A stretch of 64,000 nucleotides of DNA from a virus (IMGVR_UViG_3300028833_000077), one strand, 5' to 3'; positions 1 through 8,665 are shown, counted from the first letter of the stretch. Notes: generated from the sequence alone by a model not told the origin. Numbers and translations: made by a program.

Positions 1-993
1 AATGTGAATGGTGTGGCTGTCGAGAACTCCTTCAAGGAAGGTGATACAGGCCGTTCACAAGGCATCATGGCAGGTAGCATGAACAATGCCTCCAGTGGTG
101 TAATAGATGCCTCTCTGGGCAATGAGATACAGCAGTACATATCACTGCTTGAGTGGATATCCACCAAGATAGGTGAGCTTGCAGGCATCTCCAAGCAGAG
201 GCTGGGACAGGTGTCCAACCGTGAGACTGTAGGAGGTGTGGAGAGGGCTACACTGCAGTCATCCCATTCCACTGAGTGGCTGTTCTTCACCCATGAGAGT
301 GTGAAGAAGAGAGTACTGGAGTGTTTCCTTGAGACAGCCAAGATAGCCCTCAAGGGCAGGAAGAAGAAGTTTGAGTTCATCCTTGAGGATGGCTCCAGAC
401 AGATTGAGGAGATTGATGGCGATGAGTTTGCAGAGTGTGACTATGGTCTTGTGGTTGACAATTCCAGTGGGGCGCAGGAACTCAACCAGAAGCTTGACAT
501 GCTTGGTCAGGCAGCACTCCAGAATCAGGCACTTGACTTCTCTACCATCATGAAGATATACACCACCAAGTCACTGTCGGAGAAGCAGAGGATGGTGGAG
601 GCTAATGAGAAGAGGCTCAGGGAGATGCAGCAGCAACAGCAGCAACAGCAACTCCAGATGCAACAGCAGCAGTTACAGCAGCAGGCAGCCATGGAGCAGG
701 CCAGGTTGCAGCAAGAACTGCTCATGCACAGGGAGAAGCTGGAGAACAATATCCTCGTGGCCCAGATAAATGGAGAGGCCGAAAATATTCGCATGTCCCT
801 AATGAACCATGACAATGCAGAAGCCAATGCTCTTGAGAGGGAGAAGATGGCCGAGGAGGCAAGGCAGTTTGATGCACAGCTGGAGACCAATCAGAAGCAG
901 TTTGCTGACAAGCTTGCATTGGATAGGCAGAAGCAGAAGGATGATGCCAGACTGAAGGAGAAGCAGATTGCCAAGAGTGGTTCAGGCAAATAA
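1..993 (+). CDS. Portal protein, C-terminal part (5' truncated by window edge)
   Basis: Open from base 1; QRLGQVSNRETVGGVERATLQSSH..EWLF..H segment resembles crAss-like portals; Q-rich coiled-coil tail. Confidence 0.8.
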   Translation, partial: NVNGVAVENSFKEGDTGRSQGIMAGSMNNASSGVIDASLGNEIQQYISLLEWISTKIGELAGISKQRLGQVSNRETVGGVERATLQSSHSTEWLFFTHESVKKRVLECFLETAKIALKGRKKKFEFILEDGSRQIEEIDGDEFAECDYGLVVDNSSGAQELNQKLDMLGQAALQNQALDFSTIMKIYTTKSLSEKQRMVEANEKRLREMQQQQQQQQLQMQQQQLQQQAAMEQARLQQELLMHREKLENNILVAQINGEAENIRMSLMNHDNAEANALEREKMAEEARQFDAQLETNQKQFADKLALDRQKQKDDARLKEKQIAKSGSGK

Positions 994-1002
994 CCTGACT
1001 GC

Positions 1003-1063
1003 TTATCAGGCATTAGTAAAACCATAAGAGTAGGGGACGATTGGACTGGAATAGGTACATTTG
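1003..1063 (+). promoter_or_regulatory. Bacteroidota-type promoter (TACATTTG 1056-1063) with phased upstream TTA elements
   Basis: Intergenic TAnnTTTG box; TTAT/TTAG/ATAA at -53/-43/-32. Confidence 0.65.
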
Positions 1064-1078
1064 CAAAAAATAACTTAT

Positions 1079-1987
1079 ATGGAACATAAAGGAAATTGCA
1101 TGGGCAGTGGCAAACTGATAGGCAAGCCTGATAAGAAGTTGGGTCTTGTCATCAGGGATGGTGCCATTACTACCCATACCATAGCAGACAGGGCAGTCAC
1201 CCCAGACAAGCTCTCAGGAGATGTTGTCAGCAGGGTCATCTACCCGATAGTGGAGAATGTGAGGAGAGACCTCCAGCAGCAGATAAGCTCACTCAATGCC
1301 CATGGAGTGGCAGTCAGTGACTCATTCGGCCCTTCTCCTTGTATAGGTATCTCACAGAGGGCACTGTCAGAGGTATTCCTCTGGCTGTGTGGACATGTCA
1401 GTGAACTATCAGGCAAGGACATACTGGATGTCAGGTTTGAGGTTAGTCCCTCATTCTCTTCAGAGCCTCAGGCTGAGATTACAGTGACATTGGTTCCTCC
1501 CATCAGCAAGATTGGCAGGATAGCACTCTTCATCAATGATGAGCCTGTGGATACAGAACCTGTGGCAGAGAACTACTCATTCACCACCACCATCAACAGG
1601 ACATCCAATGTGAAGGTGGAATATGACTACTTTGGCAAGAGGTTCATCAAGCAGAAGATGGTCCGCATTGGAGACCTCCCTGTGGACATGTGGTCTTATG
1701 CAGGCTCTGGTGAGGATTATCAGGATGTATATCGTCATAGGGAGTACCTGCTTGACTATGAGGGACTGACAGGCATCGAGGGCATTACCATAGCAAAGTG
1801 GGGAGACCGTATCCTGATTGTCATGGACAATGACATCCATGAGAATGTGGAGGACATCACCATGAGTGGATTCAAGATTCCATTCGATGTAGACACTGAG
1901 ACACTGGAGGGGTATGCCATCTATACCTCAAAGAAGCAGTACATTGATGGCACATGGCCCATTGAAATCAGCATGAGGGCTGCATAG
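1079..1987 (+). CDS. Putative virion structural/fibre-associated protein
   Basis: The track's TTG start (1061) lies inside the promoter box, so ATG 1079 (or 1100) is preferred; GAITTHTIADRAVTPDKL fibre-type repeat. Confidence 0.55.
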   Translation: MEHKGNCMGSGKLIGKPDKKLGLVIRDGAITTHTIADRAVTPDKLSGDVVSRVIYPIVENVRRDLQQQISSLNAHGVAVSDSFGPSPCIGISQRALSEVFLWLCGHVSELSGKDILDVRFEVSPSFSSEPQAEITVTLVPPISKIGRIALFINDEPVDTEPVAENYSFTTTINRTSNVKVEYDYFGKRFIKQKMVRIGDLPVDMWSYAGSGEDYQDVYRHREYLLDYEGLTGIEGITIAKWGDRILIVMDNDIHENVEDITMSGFKIPFDVDTETLEGYAIYTSKKQYIDGTWPIEISMRAA

Positions 1988-2031
1988 AAAGAGCTATAAC
2001 CGAAAAAATATAATAAAGGAGAAATATAATT

Positions 2032-2487
2032 ATGGCACACGGACAAGTAACAGTACCAGTACCTGGTGAGCTCATGAGCACAGCAACTGACGGCAGGGTT
2101 GTCAGTGCAGAAGGTGTGTATGACTACAACCAGCAGAAATCCCAGGAGCAGATCAACCAAGAGGTTGCAGCTGCCATCCATCAGGGAGGCGGTGGGGGCT
2201 CCATCTCAGGAGATGCCTACACCAAGAGTGAGAGTGACAGCAAGTTTGCAACCAAGGCTGAGATGAACACAACATCAGAGACTGTAAGGAGTCTCTCAAA
2301 CAATGTCAACAGCATCTCAGGCAGCGTGAACAATCTTACAGGCAATGTGAGCACACTCTACAGTAATGTGAACTCACTGACAGAAAGGGTTCAGGAGATT
2401 GTAGACAGCATTGACAGTGGCTCAGGAGTCATTGTAGAGCCAGTAGATACAGCAGATGACAGTTGGAACAATTTTAATTTGAGATAA
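2032..2487 (+). CDS. Small coiled-coil fibre/adaptor protein
   Basis: Heptad repeats (LSNNVNS ISGSVNN LTGNVST LYSNVNS LTERVQE); C-terminal EPVDTADDSWNNFNLR; stop is 1 nt before the DGR target ATG. Confidence 0.55.
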   Translation: MAHGQVTVPVPGELMSTATDGRVVSAEGVYDYNQQKSQEQINQEVAAAIHQGGGGGSISGDAYTKSESDSKFATKAEMNTTSETVRSLSNNVNSISGSVNNLTGNVSTLYSNVNSLTERVQEIVDSIDSGSGVIVEPVDTADDSWNNFNLR

Positions 2488-2488
2488 T

Positions 2489-4129
2489 ATGAGCAATGTA
2501 ATTACAAAGGAATGGATGGATGCCCATGATGCAGTGGTTCAGGGCAAGCTCCAGCCTCTAGCAGATGCAGCAGTGGTAAAGACCCTTTCGTCTGCTCCTA
2601 CAGAGGCAACATTGACCTATATGATAGGTACGGAAACACATAATTTCAAGATTGGTGACGAGGCTAGGGTAGCAGACAGTGCTTCTGGTACAGGCTATGT
2701 CTACTACAAGCTGTATGACATCAACAATGGTGCAGCTGTATGGAATAAGCTTGGCAGTGAAAGCAGTGGTGCACTCTTGGCAGCTATCAGGATAAGCCTT
2801 CAAGCTATTGTCAACGGCAATGTGACGGATGGTACAGACCTTAATGGTGTCGCGGTGTCAGTACAGAATGTGACAGACAATGTGTCTGCTGGTGTCAAGG
2901 CATGGGCAGGCAATGAGCTAGTGTTTGACAACCTTGCTCCCATGAAGCAGTATACAGTATCAGTAGCTGCTGTCAGTGGGTATGATACTCCTTCAAGCTA
3001 TACTATCAATAGTCTAGATCTCGGACAGACAGCTTCTCATACTTTCCAGTATACAGCAGACGGATATACTGTGTCCATCACCTCCAATCAAGGGGCTACA
3101 GATGCAGGAATATCTTCTGGTCGGCTGATATATAATGGCACGAGCTATGCCAATGAGGGCTCCTTTAAAGTTCCTACAGACACAAATGTGACCGCTAGTG
3201 AACTGAGTGCATCTGCCTTGACGGGCTATGCATCAGCTATTACTGTGAACAATAAGACCATCTCGCTTGTATACTCTACTGAGATTCTTACGGTAACCAT
3301 TACAAAGAGTGAGGGAGATGGTGACATTTCAAGCATGAATGTTACAGTAAAGGATTCAAACAATACGGTCTTAGGCACCTTATCCGACGGACAGACCTTG
3401 AAGATAGCCACAGGCACATCCTATACAGCAACAGCATCGGAGGCACCCGAAGGATACAAGACTCCTGCAGCCCAGACGGCAAGTGCCTCCCAGACGGCAA
3501 GGACTATGAGCTTTGAATACACAGTAAAACCAGATGGGATAGACATGGGTAATGGTGTGCTTTGGGCTACCAGTAATCTGACTAAGGAAGCTAACGGAAC
3601 TTATAAGTTAGCAGATAATCCTTGGGACTATGGAGCATACTTCTCATGGGGAGATACGGAAGGACATGATGTAGCAGGCCAGAATGAGGGCTATGATTTC
3701 TCTAATAGCAACTATAATAATGGTGCCTCAGGTAGTGGCCATAATCTGACTGCAAGTTTCAGTTCAGGTAATGTTACATATGATGCAGCAAGGGCCAAGC
3801 TTGGTGATTCATGGAGAATACCTACTAAGGACGAGTGTAATTGGCTGCTGAATCCCAGCAACTGCACGAATGAGTGGGTAACCAACTATGAGGGCAGCAG
3901 TGTTGCAGGTAGGCTGTTTACGAGTAAGGTGAATGGGAATAAGCTCTTCTTCCCAGCTGCAGGTTACTACTATGGTACTTCTCTCAGCCTTAGTGGTACC
4001 AATGGTTACTATTGGTCAACTGAGTTCAACAATAGTTCTAATGCCTATTGCATGAGCTTCTATAGTTCTAATTGCGACATGAACGGTAACTACAGGTACT
4101 GTGGTCACTGTGTTCGTCCTGTTCAGTAA
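2489..4129 (+). CDS. DGR target protein: N-terminal attachment and Ig-like repeats, C-terminal CLec-fold (Fib_succ_major/DUF1566-like) variable domain; likely receptor-binding or adhesion fibre
   Basis: IDMG..VLWATSNL, YFSWG, WRIPTKDE, LFFPAAG, GYYWS, C-terminal VRPV motifs; VR occupies the 3' end. Confidence 0.88.
   Translation: MSNVITKEWMDAHDAVVQGKLQPLADAAVVKTLSSAPTEATLTYMIGTETHNFKIGDEARVADSASGTGYVYYKLYDINNGAAVWNKLGSESSGALLAAIRISLQAIVNGNVTDGTDLNGVAVSVQNVTDNVSAGVKAWAGNELVFDNLAPMKQYTVSVAAVSGYDTPSSYTINSLDLGQTASHTFQYTADGYTVSITSNQGATDAGISSGRLIYNGTSYANEGSFKVPTDTNVTASELSASALTGYASAITVNNKTISLVYSTEILTVTITKSEGDGDISSMNVTVKDSNNTVLGTLSDGQTLKIATGTSYTATASEAPEGYKTPAAQTASASQTARTMSFEYTVKPDGIDMGNGVLWATSNLTKEANGTYKLADNPWDYGAYFSWGDTEGHDVAGQNEGYDFSNSNYNNGASGSGHNLTASFSSGNVTYDAARAKLGDSWRIPTKDECNWLLNPSNCTNEWVTNYEGSSVAGRLFTSKVNGNKLFFPAAGYYYGTSLSLSGTNGYYWSTEFNNSSNAYCMSFYSSNCDMNGNYRYCGHCVRPVQ
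3958..4123 (+). repeat. DGR variable repeat (VR)
   Basis: Ungapped 166-bp match to 4970-5135 with 18 mismatches, all opposite A in TR. Confidence 0.97.
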
Positions 4130-4156
4130 CTTGTCTACCAGAAGAACAAAAGTACT

Positions 4157-4220
4157 CAGACTCTCTTGTCCCTGTCACCGAAGCCCTTCCAAGGGCTGAG
4201 AGAAGGGGACGGAGAGGCTG
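4157..4220 (+). other. Nested stem-loop downstream of VR (DGR target-recognition hairpin candidate)
   Basis: Inner AGCCCT-TCCA-AGGGCT (4182-4197) inside imperfect outer stem CAGACTCTCTTGTCCC / GGGACGGAGAGGCTG. Confidence 0.65.
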
Positions 4221-4241
4221 GATTTAAAAAGATAATATTGT

Positions 4242-4817
4242 ATGGGTAAAATATCTGAAATCATCAGCATAGAAACTCAAAGAGAGGATCTTGCTGCCAT
4301 GCAAAAAATTCATTTGTGGAAAGAGGGCAGCTTCTTTAGAGCCTACAATTGGAGTGCTTGGCTTATTGTAAATTACTGCTATACTGAAGAGATAAGGAAC
4401 AAGCAGGTGGATCGTAAGCCCCTCAGCGTTACCAAGAGACGCTTTAAGAGTGGGGACTCTACTTACTGTCAGATTGGGTTTCCTGTCAGTTCCCTGAAGA
4501 AATTCATGCCCTCAGTCAGTCTGTTTAATCCTATAGATGACAATCATACAGAGGCTACTTTGGATTTGCAGGAAGCATGGGCTGACCAGACGATAGATAC
4601 ACTAAAAGCATCTTATAAAGCTTGGGAGGATAGCTTGGAGATTGAAGACAAGCCACAGAAGACAAATGATAGGGAGACAGATGTCTTCAGCTCTTCTCCT
4701 TTAAGGATAATGCAGATAGTATCTCAGATATTGAGCTACCCTATAGAAAGGAAGTCCCCTATAGAGAATACAGAGTTTATCAGCAGACTGAAACAACAAC
4801 TGGCTGCTGTGTTTTAA
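4242..4817 (+). CDS. DGR accessory protein, MutS N-terminal-like (MSL type)
   Basis: IHLWKEGSFFRAYNWSAW resembles MutS domain I (GxFyExY..dA); occupies the avd position between VR and TR. Confidence 0.7.
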   Translation: MGKISEIISIETQREDLAAMQKIHLWKEGSFFRAYNWSAWLIVNYCYTEEIRNKQVDRKPLSVTKRRFKSGDSTYCQIGFPVSSLKKFMPSVSLFNPIDDNHTEATLDLQEAWADQTIDTLKASYKAWEDSLEIEDKPQKTNDRETDVFSSSPLRIMQIVSQILSYPIERKSPIENTEFISRLKQQLAAVF

Positions 4818-4969
4818 TATTTTTTGAATAAAGCAGGCTGTAGTAGCAGATATCGGACAAGTTCACAGGCTGACCGTCCTGCATCTGTCAGGTGTGGGAA
4901 AAACAAAGTACACTTGATGGTTTTGCATTTGGCAATCCCTTCTTTTAGTCATATTAGGTGTCAGTCGGT

Positions 4970-5135
4970 TGCAGGTAACTACAATGGAACTTCTCTCAAC
5001 AATAGTGGTACCAATGGTAACTATTGGTCAACTGAGTTCAACAATAGTTCTAATGCCTATTACATGAACTTCAATAGTTCTAATTGCAACATGAACAATA
5101 ACAACAGGAACTATGGTAACAGTGTTCGTCCTGTT
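4970..5135 (+). ncRNA. DGR template repeat (TR)
   Basis: AAC/AAT-rich copy of VR directly upstream of RT. Confidence 0.95.
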
Positions 5136-5178
5136 TTAGCACTTATCTGATGTCTTGCCTCGGCTATAAAAGAACGAC

Positions 5179-6393
5179 ATGACATTTCATTTAACAAAAG
5201 ACCAGTTGAAGAAAGACTTGTATGTTGCTTACTATGATGCACGAAAACACAAGTCCCATAAGCCTTATGTCAAATATTTTGAAGCAGACCTTACCACAGA
5301 ATTAGATACACTCTGCAATGAACTGTGGAACAGGACTTATACAGCCCAGCCCTCAAAGTGCTTTATAATAGACTATCCTAAAAAACGGGAAGTATTTGCA
5401 GCCCGTTTCCGTGATAGAATTGTACACCATCTCTTATTCAATTACATCCATGCTATGCTGGAAAGGACTTTTATTAGGGACAGTTATAGCTGTATCAAGG
5501 GCAGAGGCACCCATGACGGTATAAGAAGACTCTATAAGCACATTAAGCAGGAAAGCCAGAATTATACAGTACCCTGTTATATCATGAAACTAGACATACG
5601 GGGATATTTTATGCACATTAACCGTAGTAAGCTTTTGCAGATAGCCCTCAAATCTTTAAGAGAGATGGGTGAACATAAAATCGGGAAGACAGGCTATAAC
5701 GGACAGGTATTTGGTAAAGGCATACTGTGGAAAGAAGCTGTTGATATGGGCTTTGTCAGCTGGCTGACAGAAAAGATTATCATGCTAAATCCTAAGACCT
5801 GGTGTGAGATGGCTGGCAGCATAGAGGACTGGAAAGGCTTGGATAGGAGTAAAAGTCTCTTTTACACAAAGGAGGGCTGCGGACTTCCTATTGGCAATTT
5901 AACAAGCCAACTGTTCAGTAATGTCTATCTGAATGTCTTGGATCAGTTTATGAAAAGAGTACTCAAGTGCCGGCATTACGGAAGGTATGTGGATGACTTT
6001 TATATTGTGAATTGTGATAGGAAATGGCTGCTTGGGCTGGTTGGAAGGATTGAGAATTTTCTTGCAGATAATCTTGAATTGAAGCTACACAGAGGCAAAC
6101 TTATACTACGTAGTGTACAGACAGGTATAGAGTTCTTGGGTGCTTTTTTAAAGCCATACAGGAAGTATTTTGCCAACAGTTCTCTTAGACGGGTATGCCA
6201 GAGACTTTCAGAAATCAGACATAGTGATGCGGAGACTTCTTGGAGAACCGTAAATTCCTATCTTGGAATCATGGGCCATTATTCTACCTTCTACTTAAGG
6301 TGGAGGCTGTTCATGAGGTGTTGCTATCTTAGAATAGCACCAATAGAAGTAGGCTCATCCAAGATGTTAAGACCATATTGTATAAATGTTTAA
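5179..6393 (+). CDS. DGR reverse transcriptase
   Basis: PKKREVFAARFRDRIVHH, KLDIRGYF, GLPIGNLTSQLFSNVYL, RYVDDF, GIEFLG motifs. Confidence 0.96.
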   Translation: MTFHLTKDQLKKDLYVAYYDARKHKSHKPYVKYFEADLTTELDTLCNELWNRTYTAQPSKCFIIDYPKKREVFAARFRDRIVHHLLFNYIHAMLERTFIRDSYSCIKGRGTHDGIRRLYKHIKQESQNYTVPCYIMKLDIRGYFMHINRSKLLQIALKSLREMGEHKIGKTGYNGQVFGKGILWKEAVDMGFVSWLTEKIIMLNPKTWCEMAGSIEDWKGLDRSKSLFYTKEGCGLPIGNLTSQLFSNVYLNVLDQFMKRVLKCRHYGRYVDDFYIVNCDRKWLLGLVGRIENFLADNLELKLHRGKLILRSVQTGIEFLGAFLKPYRKYFANSSLRRVCQRLSEIRHSDAETSWRTVNSYLGIMGHYSTFYLRWRLFMRCCYLRIAPIEVGSSKMLRPYCINV

Positions 6394-6403
6394 TTTTTTA
6401 ATT

Positions 6404-6928
6404 ATGAGTAAAATTTTTGGAAACATTTCGTATTATTCTCCAGTTAAGGAGGATGTGAGCAGAATCGTAATCAGCTATGATTTTGCTGAAGTGGGAGATG
6501 GTGAGAATGCCACTTGGCATGAGATTGCCTTCTACAAGAGACTTAATCCAAAACCAAGTCTCCAGCAAATCAAGGCAGCTGTCATTGCAGACATTGATAG
6601 TCAGACTGATGCAAGGATTCTCAGTGGCTTTGTTTGGGAGCCTGCCAGTGGCGGAGATTCCATACCTGTATGGCTTTCTCTTGAGAACCAGTTCAATTTC
6701 AAGTCAGCCTATGACTTGGCTGTTCAGAAGCAGGGTGCAACACTGCCTGTCACCTTTAAGATGGGTGAGGATAGTGAAGGTACCCCAGTGTATCATACCT
6801 TTGAGACTATGGAGGATGCAGATGACTTCTACCTCAAGGCAGTTGGCTACATCAACCAGTGCTTGAACGAAGGTTGGGTCAGAAAGGATTCCATTGACTG
6901 GTCTGTCTATGAGCAGGTGTTAGAATAG
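6404..6928 (+). CDS. Hypothetical phage protein (DUF4376-like, possible fibre assembly helper)
   Basis: VWLSLENQFNF..AYDLA...LPVTFK pattern; ATG 6404 preferred over the overlapping 6386. Confidence 0.5.
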   Translation: MSKIFGNISYYSPVKEDVSRIVISYDFAEVGDGENATWHEIAFYKRLNPKPSLQQIKAAVIADIDSQTDARILSGFVWEPASGGDSIPVWLSLENQFNFKSAYDLAVQKQGATLPVTFKMGEDSEGTPVYHTFETMEDADDFYLKAVGYINQCLNEGWVRKDSIDWSVYEQVLE

Positions 6929-6949
6929 GATTCCTTCAAACTATAGTTT

Positions 6950-6986
6950 AAACAAGGGTATGTCTAAATGGGCATACCCTTGTTTT
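6950..6986 (+). terminator. Intrinsic terminator closing the DGR unit
   Basis: AAACAAGGGTATGTCT-AAAT-GGGCATACCCTTGTTT stem followed by T-rich tail. Confidence 0.8.
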
Positions 6987-7013
6987 GGTTATGTTTTGTA
7001 CATATAAGTAATT

Positions 7014-7082
7014 GATAAACAGTTGTTTATCCGTTTTTCTGGCATTGTTTTCCTCCTATCATTATTCTCCTTACCTTTGCAG
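7014..7082 (+). promoter_or_regulatory. Promoter (TACCTTTGCAG at 7072) with CTGGCATTGTTT at -33 and upstream palindrome
   Basis: GATAAAC-AGTT-GTTTATC palindrome 7014-7031; architecture shared with 8602-8665. Confidence 0.7.
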
Positions 7083-7102
7083 TGTATTAAATTTATATTA
7101 CA

Positions 7103-7441
7103 ATGGAATCATTAGAACAATTGAAGAAGGAGCAGTATGAGGCCAAGGCAAAGCTTCATGAACTGCTGGAGACAATCAACAGTGAGGAGTACTACACCCT
7201 CACACCGTCAGAGAGGAACCTCATCAACCAGAGGAGAATGGCTCTTGAGATGTATGTAAATGCACTGTCAAGGAGTGTATATGACCATGACAGCTACTCA
7301 TTTGATGCATCAGGTGCACTATGGCCTTTGCTGATGTCAGGTGTGTTTTCAAATATGAATACTGCACCGTCCAGTGTGGATGCACTCAAGAAGGCATTGG
7401 ATGAAAAGGACTTTGAGGATGAATCAGGACATGATGATTAA
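7103..7441 (+). CDS. Hypothetical helical protein (crAss001_48-like)
   Basis: LEQLKKEQYEAKAKLHELLETINSEEYYTL..ERNLINQRRMALEMY helical-hairpin pattern. Confidence 0.5.
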   Translation: MESLEQLKKEQYEAKAKLHELLETINSEEYYTLTPSERNLINQRRMALEMYVNALSRSVYDHDSYSFDASGALWPLLMSGVFSNMNTAPSSVDALKKALDEKDFEDESGHDD

Positions 7442-7553
7442 CCAGCTTGCACACATTACAGGCAAGTCTAGGAAGGAGGTCATAACTGCCCTCAAGCAGA
7501 TGAGCAGCATGCCTGATGTCAAGAAGATGTTGAAGTATGTCAGAAAGGGATGA
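7431..7553 (+). CDS. Small 40-aa ORF absent from the ORF track (MMINQLAHITGKSRKEVITALKQMSSMPDVKKMLKYVRKG)
   Basis: Fills the gap between neighbours and overlaps both ends; phage-like codon usage. Confidence 0.5.
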   Translation: MMINQLAHITGKSRKEVITALKQMSSMPDVKKMLKYVRKG

Positions 7554-7740
7554 GGCATGGTTGCTTGACCATATGGACCAGTTGTTGCAGTTGGTGTTTG
7601 AGAACAACCGCATGCTGATTGACCTGTGCCATGTGGTCAACATACACCTTGCTAATCATGACAAGGAGAATGAGGATGACTTTGGCAGGAATGTACTGGC
7701 TAACATTGTATCCTCAACCATAGGGTTTAACAGGCCTTAG
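7537..7740 (+). CDS. Hypothetical protein
   Basis: 67-aa ORF in operon context. Confidence 0.6.
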   Translation: MSERDEAWLLDHMDQLLQLVFENNRMLIDLCHVVNIHLANHDKENEDDFGRNVLANIVSSTIGFNRP

Positions 7741-7787
7741 TGTTTTCCTTAACCCTGATGTACTCTGAGTAGTATACTATATCTTTG
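7727..7787 (+). promoter_or_regulatory. Promoter (TATCTTTG at 7780) with phased TTA elements
   Basis: TTAA/TTAG/TTAA at -53/-43/-31. Confidence 0.65.
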
Positions 7788-7807
7788 TAGCATAAAAGAA
7801 GAGTAGT

Positions 7808-8095
7808 ATGTTTGATTTCAAGAAACTGATTATCAAGTACCTCAAGGACATCATCCGAAGGTTGGAGGATGATGACTGTGAGATTACTGACACTGAGGCA
7901 ATGGACATCCTCAAAATCATCAACCATAGGCCCATGAGTAAGGCAAAGGCATGTGAATACCTCAACATGTCAAGGAGCAAGTTTGATGAACTTGTCAGGA
8001 GCAATGCTCTACCAAAAGGCAGGAAACGTGTGGGCTTTAAGGAGCTCGTATGGTTTGAGGATGAGTTGGAAGCACTAACATTAAAAAAGAGATAG
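7808..8095 (+). CDS. AlpA/excisionase-like HTH DNA-binding protein
   Basis: MSKAKACEYLNMSRSKFDELVRSNALPKG..W pattern. Confidence 0.7.
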   Translation: MFDFKKLIIKYLKDIIRRLEDDDCEITDTEAMDILKIINHRPMSKAKACEYLNMSRSKFDELVRSNALPKGRKRVGFKELVWFEDELEALTLKKR

Positions 8096-8096
8096 T

Positions 8097-8222
8097 ATGG
8101 CAACAAGAAAGACTAAAAGGGGAGGCTCTATGGCAGTCAAGGCTGGTTATACCAAAAACAAAAGACGGTATAGCTGTGGTGGAAAACTCTATAAATGTGG
8201 AGGCAAGCTCAAGAGTAAGTAA
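8097..8222 (+). CDS. Small basic 41-aa peptide with two YxCGGKL motifs (absent from the ORF track)
   Basis: MATRKTKRGGSMAVKAGYTKNKRRYSCGGKLYKCGGKLKSK; ATG 1 nt after the upstream stop. Confidence 0.6.
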   Translation: MATRKTKRGGSMAVKAGYTKNKRRYSCGGKLYKCGGKLKSK

Positions 8223-8574
8223 GAGGCGCGTTGTCAGTACCAAAAGGTATTTGAGAGTGTTGCCCATGATAATGGCAGGATTGTATCTAACCAATACAGT
8301 CCTGTCATCTTTTGATATTGACTACCGCATCTTTTCCTATATTGCACATATATTGTCATGGTGGCTAATCCTGAAATCTTCCTATCTGTTTGGTTTCTGC
8401 TCCTACCATCGCATGTTTTTATGGTATGTCATAGTCAATGATGCTATCAACATAGTAGACTATGAGTTTACATTGCCTATAAATGACCGAGAATTTCTTG
8501 CATTACACATCATCATAGCAGGTATATTCCTGTTTCTGGTATTGTATTTCCGTCTGAAATGCAGTAACAGGTAA
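8176..8574 (+). CDS. Small multi-pass membrane protein
   Basis: About 4 hydrophobic segments; F.FC.YHRM motif; exact start uncertain. Confidence 0.65.
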   Translation: MVENSINVEASSRVSKRRVVSTKRYLRVLPMIMAGLYLTNTVLSSFDIDYRIFSYIAHILSWWLILKSSYLFGFCSYHRMFLWYVIVNDAINIVDYEFTLPINDREFLALHIIIAGIFLFLVLYFRLKCSNR

Positions 8575-8601
8575 CATCTTTCTTCTTCATTTCCTTCATT
8601 T

Positions 8602-8665
8602 ACAGCAGGTTATGTGACTTGCTGGCATTGTTTCATAAGCCCTGTTAAACCCACTACCTTTGCAG
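8602..8665 (+). promoter_or_regulatory. Promoter (TACCTTTGCAG at 8655) sharing architecture with the 7072 promoter
   Basis: ACAG -53, TTAT -45, CTGGCATTGTTT -33, identical spacing to the 7072 promoter. Confidence 0.7.

Larger units (their letters stand above)
2489..6393 (+). mobile_element. Diversity-generating retroelement (target/VR - accessory - TR - RT)
   Basis: 166-bp VR/TR pair differing only at TR adenines, adjacent DGR-type RT and accessory ORF. Confidence 0.97.

Noticed and set aside
625-690. CAG/CAA repeat as a contingency locus
   Set aside because: Mixed-codon in-frame poly-Gln in the portal coiled coil; not a frameshifting repeat
4824-5150. 108-aa ORF resembling the DGR target C-terminus
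   Set aside because: It is the TR read in frame (Asn-rich from AAC/AAT) with a weak TTG start; better explained as template RNA
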